Assembly (NCBI GenBank): GCA_965285935.1
Contig: OZ260662.1
Span: forward strand, 110,298,001-110,362,000
Reading direction: 5' to 3'
DNA from: Ophelia neglecta
Lineage: Eukaryota
DNA length: 64,000 nucleotides
Every line of letters begins with the position of its first letter. The stretch's first letter is position 1. This document shows positions 12,062 through 22,667 of this stretch, one piece after another. The position numbers and the translations under genes were made by a program. The notes under the pieces are model-generated. The model saw only the letters and a program-made list of their open reading frames with translations, was not told the DNA's origin and did not search any database.

Positions 12062-14844
12062 ATATTACTATTATTATTATTATTTATTATTTATTGACTT
12101 TTCTATAGCGCATTTTCCATAAAAAAATATGTTCAAAAGCGCTTTACAGACTAATATAAAACAAGATAAACAATCATCATAAAAGCACATAATGTATGTT
12201 AAATATAAGTTAGAAGCTGAGAGATAAAACACAAAGGTACATAAGAGATACTAACCAAAAACCAGAATAATTTATATGGCAGCAGACGGAAATTAATTAT
12301 ACATTAAAAGTCAATTTAAATAAATGGGTTTTTAAAGCGGTCTTAAAACTGCTGTGTGTTTTAATTTGCCGTAGCGAAACTGGGAGTCCGTTCCACAGAC
12401 GCGGGACGTGAATGGCAAATGCCCGATCACCAAATGTTTTGAGATTGGCTGGCGGCTGGACCAATCTGTGCAACTCACCAGAGCGCAGTGCTCGTGGTGG
12501 CACATACGGCACAAGGATCTCATCCAGATAGGATAGGCCCAGACCATTCAAAGATTTGAATACCAACATGCAAATCTTGAATACACTTCTTGCCCCAATG
12601 GGCAACCAGTGTAGTTCCCTCAGAATTGGGGTGATTGGTTCATCCCTCCCAGCCAGGACCACTAGACGGGCAGCGCGATGATGGACTGATCGATGTTTGC
12701 GCAGGAGATTTTCCGGCACACCACACAGAAGGGAGTTGCAGTAATCCAGCCTTGAAACTACTAGAGATTGGACCAGCATCAGCTGCTTGGTAGCATCCAG
12801 AGTAAGACATTTACGGACGCGGCCAATGTTTCTGAGATGATAACTGGACGTCTTGACAACTTTAGACACATGAGCAGACATGCTGAGGTGTTAATCGAAG
12901 ACAGCACCCAGGTTATTTATGGGAGAGTCAGACACACTCACACGGCAGCCAGCTACATAGAGCTCCCTAACATCAACATGCTTTAATGCAGAGGGCGTGC
13001 TATTGATTTGATAAGTGGAACCAGAGCATCACCGGCCTTTTTCACAATCCATGTAGGTATCGGGTCAAGAGAGCACCCTTTGTTTGGGGAGTCAGCTATG
13101 ACTTTGAGGATCTCCTCGGCTGAAGCTGGATTCAGATCTGTGAGTGTAGAGGCTGTGGGTGGAATGTTAAAAGTCAAGTTCTCGCGGACTATAGGTAAGT
13201 CAGCCCGGATCTTACTGACCTTTGCTTCAAAGAAGTCGGCAAATTTTTTTGCAATATCAGCTGATGAGGTGTGAGATGGTAACTTCATGTCCCTGTGTCT
13301 GTGCATGATGTCATCAAGGACAGTCGCAAGTGCCTTTGAGTCAGAACCAGACTCAGCTATTCTAGACAGGTAATGTTGAGACTTGCTCTCGGACAGTTTA
13401 TTATTGTAGGCTGTCCTGGCCTCATTATACAGCTGACGATCGATCTCCAGCCCAGTCGCCCTGCATCTGCGATCACGCATGCGCTTGAAACATCTGGCAC
13501 GGTGTAATTCATCAGAAAACCATGGCCGAGATGCACGGAGAGTGACAGTTCGCGTTTTCAAGGGGGCATGTCGGTCGAGTAAACCACAGAGAAAAGTGTT
13601 GTAGTAAAGCGTGAGTCCAGCAGCAGAGAGATCAGAGGGCACAATAGAATCACGTATTTCCTCAGATATGATCTGAAGATCAAGCCCCCGCAGCTTCCTG
13701 GTAGATGTGGTAATCCGTGTAGGTTTGGGTTTAGGATGGTTAACATGGCAGAGGAAATGATCGGATATTTGATCACCTATCTCGACGTGACTGACAAGAT
13801 CACTAGTTTCCCTTGTAATGATGACATCCAATATATGACCAGATCGATGGGTCGGAGATGAGACATGCTGAGTAAGATTGTTAGAACTCAATGACTCAAG
13901 GAATTATGCAGCCTCACGGTTACCAGGCACATCAAGGTGAAAGTTCAAGTCACCCACAATAACAAGATCACCGAGTTAGTAGAAACATCCTCGAGTAATG
14001 AACCGAACTCATCAAAGAATTGCCTTGAAGAGAATTTATTTTTCCTTGACGGGGGAGGCCTATACAAAACGATGAAGCGAAGGAGCCTTGATCCAATGTT
14101 GAACAAAAGTTCTCCATGTTCGAATGACAGACCGTCCCTAGAGGCCTTCGACATAAGAGGAATGCTAGCCCTATACAGGACAGCCACTCCGCCGTAGCCA
14201 CCAGGCCGTGGGACATTGAAGAGTCTGTAGCCTGGCAGTGGCAGAGCCTTAGTAAAGAAATCATCCTTGCTATCCGCAGAGAGCCAAGTTTCTGTGATGG
14301 CCAACACATCGAGGTTATGCTCCAGCAATATGCCATGTATCATATCAGTCTTGTTGCGGATAGACTGGGCATTCACCACACCAACATCAAGGCACCTTGA
14401 TACATGGGCTGGATTTTTGATACATGGGCTGGAAGACAATGCTACAGATATCAGATTATCACGCCTGACAGCTAGGCCTTGTTTACCTGATCAGCTGTCA
14501 CTTGCCCCACTGGCCGAGCTGAGGTGATCACCTGTATGCTTTGTTGATCCAGGTGAGGTCTAAGTTCATTTTGTGGGCCTGGAGTTGGATTTATGTGTAC
14601 CAGGTTTGCCTCATTAACTCCAGTCTGGACAGTATGGTTAAACTTGCATGGTTTGTACATCACAATGTTCACATGGTGGTAGTGTCTCTTGCCAGCAGGT
14701 TTCTTTAGAAGGCAAACACTCCTCAAGCTATCGATGAGCTTGTGGTCGCGTACAGACCCAGGCTTGTTTAGTCTTTTCAGCTGTAATGCTTTCAAATAAG
14801 CAAATAATAGACTGAGCAGTAGAAATGTTTATATGGTATGCAGC
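12062..14844 (-). mobile_element. L2/CR1-group LINE, degenerate, with the RT core internally deleted; lies in intron 1 of the kringle gene
   Basis: APE endonuclease motifs (NAQSIRNK, LAITETWL, YRPP, THRSGHILD, SDH); L2-type C-terminus (SRLDYCNSLL, LHWLP, FKTALKTHLF); 3' end TGTAAAGCGC...TGCGCTATAG followed by an (AAT)n tail; frameshifts and stops. Confidence 0.9.
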
Positions 14845-15648
14845 CAGGGACCGGCACGATTTCGATTTGAAATCGAAATCGTAATCGAAATGAAATCGTT
14901 TTTCCACAATCGAAATCGAAATCGTCCATCTGAAATCGTCACTGAAATCGAAATCGTATTCGAAATCGTCCATCTGAAATCGTCACATCAAACGATTTCA
15001 AACGATTTCAGGCGATTTCATTTGATAATTAAATTTAAAATTGTTCCGCCAAGACCTAATATTACTGATCAATCGAAATAGTTCATATGAAATCGCCACA
15101 GCAGACGATTCCAAACGCATTCAAGTGCGATTTCAACAGATTATCCACTCTACTATACTAAATTCCCGTCTTATCGGCCGGTCCACCGGTGCAAATTCGA
15201 CCCAATTACCTAAAAATATCTTTTATGCTAAGAAGTTTAGTTCATTTACGCCAAATACGAAGGAATCACGGGCCAAAAGGACGAACATGTTAGTATTACG
15301 CCGGCCGCCATGATGGTTTTGCCGCCGCCATTTGCCCTCACATTGTAGTGTACACTACTTGAAATGACGTCACGCTTTCATGTGTGGGGGAATTCCCTTT
15401 GACATGTGTGCTTCAGTTGGGTGACAATGGCACAATTGCAATCGCCCAGTCTCGGGTATTGTCGAGGATCTGTTGTCACTATATTGTTGTGCAATCGAAA
15501 TCGTAATCGAAATCGTTGTGGTGGAATCGAAATCGTAATTGAAATCGCCGATCTATGAAATCTAAAAGAATCGAAATCGTCCGATTCCACGATGTTCGAA
15601 ATCGAAATCGCAATCGAAATCGTCACCTCGGAATCGTGCCAGTCCCTG
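14845..15648. mobile_element. hAT-type non-autonomous element inserted in the 5' part of the L2
   Basis: TIR CAGGGACCGGCACGATT ... AATCGTGCCAGTCCCTG; 8-bp TSD TATGCAGC (14837-14844, 15649-15656); subterminal GAAATC hexamer arrays. Confidence 0.9.
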
Positions 15649-15784
15649 TATGCAGCTACTGGCCACCTAACACAGATGTTCATAGGATGTTTGCAAGATT
15701 TGGTTATTACGAGTATCTTCAATTAGAAAGTGCCAGAATCCAAATGTGCCTGATGAATATGTCTGTTTATGGTGCCGAAGGTAA

Positions 15785-15904
15785 TTCAGTGGTCTTCATC
15801 GGAGGTTATTTAACATGGTAAAGATATGACATGGGAATTCAAAAAGTGGCCTGGCATCGCAGGTGGCCCTTCATTTGAGGGGCCATACATCGCAGGGACC
15901 ACTG
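15785..15904. mobile_element. Tc1/mariner (pogo-like) MITE fragment, copy 1
   Basis: Ends ...CGCAGGGACCACTG|TA with repeated GG(C/T)C..CATC(G)..AGG units; similar to 30165-30286. Confidence 0.55.
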
Positions 15905-16387
15905 TATACTAGAAGTTCTGGTAGCTGGAAATAGCCACACAATTAATTTGGATACATTAATTTATTGCCGTAGAATATAAAGTCACCCTCTGATTACCTT
16001 GCCAATTAATACTTGGCACTGAGATGTTATTATTTTGGGACCTTCGCCGCGCACATATAATATCCTTGGCTTACCGTTGTTGAATTCTGCATAGCATAGC
16101 AAAGCTGGTTTGGAATACTAACATGTCAGTTAAAGGAACCCGATATTGTGTAAATATTTATGAATAATAATATAAAATGGTTAAAATGGCAAAGCGTAAA
16201 AGGATTTATGTTGCTTACCCAAGTTTTATGTAAAATGGGCTCTCGGTTTTATGATACCATTTTGAAAGCATTTTTCTTTGGGAGATAAAAATAATCTCAT
16301 ACAATTGTCATCATTGTTTCACTATCAGAATATTGCTATTGTTTCAGTAGTTCTGGAACACGCTAATTCATTGGACATTGTTTTCAG

Positions 16388-16657
16388 CATTCGAAACCAC
16401 CACGTGTAAGACCACAACCTTGGGCCGAGAGTACACAGGTTCTTTGGCCGTGACAAAGGACGGCCTCACATGTCAGAGATGGGACATGCAGTCTCCTCAT
16501 TCTCACTCAAGAAACCACCCAACTATGTTCCCGGACTCGACAGTGGCAGAATCTAATAACTACTGCAGGAACCCAGACTCAGAGCCTCTAGGTCCATGGT
16601 GCTACACCATGGACCCCAACACCAGATGGCAATACTGCGATGTCAAACAATGCCCAA
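16388..16657 (+). CDS. Kringle-PAN gene exon 2 (kringle domain)
   Basis: Complete kringle with six Cys (CKTTTLGREYTG...GLTCQRW...NYCRNPD...PWCYT...WQYCDVKQC); acceptor TTTTCAG| and donor A|GTAATC, phase 1-1 as expected for kringle modules. Confidence 0.92.
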
Positions 16658-17758
16658 GTAATCCACATGTTACATTCAGTTCTTTAACGAATATCTTTAA
16701 TGTAATCTATCAGCCATGGGACATATTACTACCTTCTTTTGGGGGATGGGTGTAAATGCGAGTAATTCTTTGTTTGTATATTAAGGTTACATAGGTAATT
16801 CAAACACTTTATCAATTTGGCATGCAAAGGTAATATATTTACAATGGTGAGTTATAGTTAATTTAGTTGTATGGAACCATGATTTACAACACCCTACACT
16901 ATTTGATAACACACTATTTGAGGGCTCTCTAACAGTTTTCTGTGTTTTAGCATGATTAGGATGCGTTTCCATTGTAGCCGGAGTGTATGTAATATTTTCG
17001 ATAATGTGCCTCCGTGCTTAACCTTCGATAGTGTACGTCCGTGTACATTCGGACTCGGTCTAGTTATCACAAACGGCCACTTTTGCCGCCTTGCCTGGAG
17101 CCCGTTGAACTACAAAAACATGCGAATTGGTTAAGTGAAAATGCCAACTGTCAAAGTTGTTCGTGTTCTGTGGTGATGCAGCTAGATTTAGCCTATTGGG
17201 GTCCAGTGTGTTAGGACCTCTGAAATGCAGATTCCTGTATAATTGACGCATGCAGCCAATCAACAGTTTAAAGCTTACATAATCATCCCGTTAACGATTA
17301 TTAAGTAGTGATGTTTTCGTGAGTAGGTCGGGCGTCTTCAAACACCGGTTTCAGTGTTAATGTCTTATAACTTAATGGAAATGTATGAATGATAATTAAA
17401 AGAGCTTGTGCTTGGACCGGTTGATTAGAGCAAATAATTACCTGGGTAGATGATTACACGCATAGCGCTTAGTGGAAACACTCAAATGCAATAATTGATA
17501 ACTTAGCAAGCCATGCGTTATTGTAAATGAATGTAGAAAGCAGTAAATCTCTCCTGTATATTTCCCTCCGATTCCGTGCATGTCTGCAATAGGATAAAGT
17601 CGACATCTGTTTTATATAACAGACCTTCATTAGTTATCAAAGTGCTGAAATAGAGCGACATAATCAAGTGTTGTATCTATTGAACTTGGTCAAACCAGCG
17701 GGGTTAGGCACCTTCGCCTCGATTTACTACCTACCTTATCCTAATATATCATACTAAT

Positions 17759-17782
17759 ACACACACACACACACACACACAC
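17759..17782. repeat. (AC)n microsatellite
   Basis: About 12 AC units. Confidence 0.9.
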
Positions 17783-18093
17783 CACAGTCTTACACAGCAA
17801 TGTCCCTCTTGTATAAATGGCCAGTGTTGTCTGATTCTTTTTTCTTCAATGAATAAACTATTCACCGCACTTTGTCCATACATCATGCAGCCGTCATTTG
17901 AGATTAACGGTTGTATTTTTCCTGCTCAAAGTGTCAACGCATATGTTTGCCTTTGGCTAATTTTAATAACACTTGGTTACTGAAAGCTTCGGCCCGATAT
18001 AATGGAACAATCTTTATTAATTATTATGCTGTGTCTACCGGATAGTCACTCCCATTTTTACAAATATTCTAAAATCGCATTCGTTTTTTTCAG

Positions 18094-18332
18094 CAATAGT
18101 CTATCAGAGCGCTAGCTTTGTTAGGGAACTCGCACCATCAAACGTGTCAGGTGTTGAAGTTCTATCTGTGGGATCCGCCGCTTCACGTCTGCAATGTGCA
18201 GCAATTTGTCTAAGCAATGACAAATGTCATCACTTTACGTTCGACATCGACAATCAAGAATATATTTTGTATGTAGAGACTACTGGACCATCATGGGGCC
18301 AGTTTAACTACTTCAGTCAAACCAAAAACTAA
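18094..18332 (+). CDS. Kringle-PAN gene exon 3 (PAN/apple-like domain, terminal exon)
   Basis: Acceptor TTTTTTTCAG| in phase 1; SRLQCAAICLSNDKCHHFTF...EYILY fits the C-x3-C-x5-C PAN pattern; stop TAA at 18330-18332; ATTAAA at ~18539. Confidence 0.75.
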
Positions 18333-19810
18333 ATAATCTAATTATGATGTGAAATGAACGAATGGCTGAATATAATATGGGTCAAACTGTTTCCCCTTGT
18401 ATCAAAGAGGATATAATACTACTATACTGTGAAAAAGGCATAAGTAATCTGATCATTGTTATTGTGAAAAATAACATATTTTATGTTTATTTCTGATGTT
18501 AACCATCAAGGAAAGTTGTCACAGACTATATCAAACACATTAAAGTTTTAGAGAAGCAGATATCCGAAAAACCATCGAAGTAAAACCTATGTCATACGAG
18601 GCAAAATTATGCTGACAAGCTGGGGGATTAAATTTCACCTATACTACTAATTGGTTGTTTGAGTTTTATATACATATCAAATTGAAAGCGTCCCATGTAT
18701 GATAGAAACTGTACTAATGCTACTCTATACTTTTTACTACTGACTGTTTGATTGAGTTCCTCTATACAACCCATTGGATGATTGAGTTCCTCTTTACTAC
18801 TTATAGGTGAATGAATTTCCTCTATAGTAAAAATCGAGTATATCTGATGGAAACTGTACCTCTCTTAAAAAATTTGTCTTGGACGTTTCCTATACTTAAA
18901 CATCAGCTGCATGCGAGAATGTCCTATGCAATAAGGCCAGCTGGCAATCATTAATATTTATGGATCGTTTTAGTGTTGAGTGTAAGGTAGGGGTATAATA
19001 ATCAATATAGGTGTGTGTGTGGGGGGGGGGGGGGGTACAATGTAAAGATACATTCTTAATACTGATTTTTATACTACACCGTACAGGAATACACGTTCTT
19101 GCTGATGGGATAGATAACATACATGTAATTTGATATACGTGTAAGTTTATAGGCAACAAGTTAGCTGGCTGAATGAATTCGGTTTTGTTAGAAGTGTACA
19201 CTGTTTTGTTTATAGACTGCAACAGAGCAATTTGGAAAATTTAATTACTTATTCATGAATCCCATTTTTGCATATTTTCAAATTTTATCTTTGTTGTGAA
19301 CAACAATTGCAGCGTGCCATTTGTAAATGACGTGTCTCCAAACAAAAAATACTCGTGACTACTTAGATTATTGTCTTTATTCTATCAGTATATATCAGTC
19401 CATAGGCCATTAGTTTGAAAGCACACAAATTGACTGGCCGACTTGGCCGTTAAACATGGGTGACGTAACGTGAAGTGGTTCAATCTAGAAAATGACAAAT
19501 TACATAATTTAGCTAAAAAAAAATGTGTTTTCGTTGAAGTTCATAGTTTATAAAGTTCATTATGCCTCAGTTTGTTTACAAACACACCAGGTGTTATGAT
19601 TGGGAAGTCACACGACCTATCGTGCATGACTGACAAAGATGCAATATCAATAAGCTCCTCCCATCTCTTCCCCCCCCCCCCACCCCCACAACTATAACAC
19701 TTGTAATAAACACAGATTAACACAAAGGTGAGAGATATTAGTACTTTTGTATGTTCATTTGGTACAAGACACACACTAAAATGGCTTCAAGCAAGAAGGA
19801 GACTGACAAT

Positions 19811-20488
19811 TGACCATACCTGCAATACCATACGCCGCCTGGTGGAAACCGCAGAACTACGATAACGCAATGCATTGTGGGGAAAAAGTCGACCACTCCA
19901 GTGGGCGTACCCAAGCTGTCATAAACATTGCATGGCGTTTTTCATGTTATGCTGAGGTCTGCGTCGTACAACCGTTATTTTGAGCTTTAAAACGAAATAA
20001 GGGACGATGGTGATTATCTGCGAGGCAGCAGAATTCTTCTCGCATAACAGTATTAAAGATGAAACACTTGGACAAATATCCTTGGATGGAACAAATATCT
20101 TGGGTTAAATGGCCCCGTGACAACCCGGCATCGGTTGCATTATGGCGGCGCCTTGTACGAAGAGAAGGCAAACCTTCGAAGGAAAACTGCACGATCGTAG
20201 ACAAATTGAACGTGAACAAACGATCTAGGCTGTGTTCTAGACATTTCGACCCAGAACAATTGGATAATAAACGAGGAGTCGCGATTGGAGATCCGAAATA
20301 CTTCGCGTGGAACAACTGGGGACAGCCTGTCAAGCCATCTTGATCAGCTGTTCGCATGTCCCTGGGCGACCTGCATAGCCTGCGCAGTGGGATGCGCAGT
20401 GTCTCGCCAAAAGTGGTCGACCGGGAAGTACGAAAACCGTAGTTCTGCGGTCACCACCAGGCGGCGTATGGTATTGCAGGTATGGTCA
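19811..20488 (+). mobile_element. THAP-domain-carrying non-autonomous DNA transposon (ISL2EU/PHIS-like)
   Basis: ~50-bp TIRs TGACCATACCTGCAATACCATACGCCGCCTGGTGG ... CCAGGCGGCGTATGGTATTGCAGGTATGGTCA, flanked by aAT / ATt (AT TSD); internal THAP-like ORF. Confidence 0.85.
20007..20343 (+). pseudogene. THAP zinc-finger remnant of a transposase
   Basis: MVIICEAAE..SHNS, then a +1 frameshift into ...KWPRDNP...LWRRLVRR...RLCSRHF...P; conserved THAP P, W and CxxHF; second Cys absent; no DDE domain. Confidence 0.7.
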
Positions 20489-20589
20489 ATTAAAAGCCTG
20501 TCTTATTCCGTATCTTATTGCATTTAAGACACAAGCCCGGAAAACAATTGGATTAACATGAACATCCGGAGTTTGAAAACACTACTCAG

Positions 20590-20870
20590 TTTGTGGCTAC
20601 ACCCTGTGGCAGGCTTTGACATGACATACATGTACAATACAACGCTTTAGATACGATGAAATACAACAAAAAATGAACAGAACAATATGACATAATAAAT
20701 ACTGGATACTATTGTAAGATACAATGTCGTACAATTCAAATAAATGTCAAACAGCATATTACGATCCAATACAATAAAATGAGAGAAAAAAACATTCTGT
20801 ACAATAGATGTATTCAATTCGAATCAATGCAAAGCAATAAACTCATCTAGTGTAATGCTATACATATTGT
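20590..20870 (+). repeat. Dispersed ACAAT-rich repeat, copy 2
   Basis: Similar to 7195-7500. Confidence 0.45.
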
Positions 20871-22626
20871 GGACACATTGTGCTCAATAAGCATTATTTC
20901 ATGTATTAAATATGAGGCTATCGCTTTAGTAAAGGTTGAAATGTGTTAGTGATGAGATCGCGGCTTGGCTGCCATTGGACTATTTTTCGGATTCGAAAGA
21001 TGGCGTGACCTTTTTCTCTCATTTTTGCTCTTCGTAGCGACCCGTTGAAGCTCACGAACAAAATTGAACAAGTATTAGATATTATTTATCAGCTTGAAAA
21101 TTCCAGGCCTTGAGACGTCAAACCTGATCTATCTATACATTAACAGAGGTTTGGACCTCTTTTTTTAACAAAGTAGTATATAATGTTCATGTTATTGCTT
21201 GGCTCCAGCTTCAGTGTATACTGTCTATCAATTTCTTATTTCATTACCTGATACTTTGCACTTCACACTGCTCTAATGTACTATTTGGAAGGTACATTCG
21301 AAAAGCATGACATCTAATCGTGAAATCAGTGCAGTTCCCTTTGTTACTTTTATAAGAAATGATAGACGCTTTTATTTATTCATTTGACATATTTGTATAA
21401 GCATAGTTAAAAGTATCAGTGGAACTGGGGATTGGTGCTGTCTGCACTGAATGCAAGGGATACAATTACTGCAGTTAGGGAATAGGGTATCGATGTTTGT
21501 TCATCTGGGTCGGGTTTCCGGAGGCACTCTTAATTTTAACGTTTAATTAGCATATTATCGACTATCCGAGACTGTTAAATGGTATTTCTGATTCCTACCC
21601 ATTGAGCACGATTTAGACCAAAATGCCTAGTTTAAAACCAAATCCAGCTTTTAGAAAACTCCACTTTGAAAATCAAGACCAATTACGCCATTTAATCCTG
21701 GATTTATTTTGATTAAGAGTCAAGAACGTTCCAGAGAACAGGTCTTGATGATTCATGATGGAATATTGTTTCTCACCAATTTTGGTTTTCTGTCAGGTAT
21801 CCACTCGCGTGTTTAACTATTAGCACTATGATACACTTAGTGTATGGCAGCACAATATATGAATGTGCAACGTAAGATCAATGCCCTAAATTAGTGGGTT
21901 ATGCATTGTATGCAATGACCATTAGGATGATATTGCAACCACATGACAGGTTATTGCTAAAAAATGTATGTTGGTTACTTCGGGGTTTGTTTTCTATACA
22001 CTCGCACCCATACTGTGAGGGGGTCTCTTTTCCATTTGTCCAATTAACAGTGTCAATATTGCCACAAAGCGTTTGCAGTCCTGTGTGCTTTTTACATGTA
22101 TCTTTGATCAATTTTTTCCGCCAACAAATATTTCCCCAATATGTCATGAACTTTCAATATAGCTTTTCATTCGAACTGTTTGTCCTGGTTGCCACGAGAA
22201 AAAAATAATTTGCGGTAATTGTTCGCCGATGTCCGATAAAGTAACGTTTGCTTTCCATTACTATATTTCGCTTAGTATTATATTCACTTCCTTGTTTGAG
22301 GCAATATAATGATAAAACGAGCCCAGATCGATTTGACGGCCTGCTTCACTGACTACTGGCTTCATGAAGAATCGTGTACATTAGCACCTGATTTATAAAA
22401 AGGTTAACGGTTCCGTCGCCGCCAACGATGATTCAAACACAATAACTAAGTAATTGGAAACATTTGCTCTGTCAGGTTGCACACGAAGGTGATATTTAAT
22501 GATCAATTATCATAGGATAATGCAAACATCATGTATTGATGTATCATGTCAACACAACCGTGAAGGGTGAGCATCATCCAAAGTGTTACAGCCATGTGAA
22601 GCTGTGGGATAGTTACTAGAGTAAGC

Positions 22627-22633
22627 TATAAAA
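22627..22633 (+). promoter_or_regulatory. Candidate TATA box of the TRPV-like gene
   Basis: TATAAAA about 40 nt upstream of ATG 22668. Confidence 0.3.
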
Positions 22634-22667
22634 CTGGGCAACCGGTCTCGAACAATTAGTGCCAAAG

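Noticed and set aside
14728-15821. ORFs with RNRNRN / ISISI / DFDF repeats
   Set aside because: Translations of the GAAATC hexamer arrays of the hAT MITE
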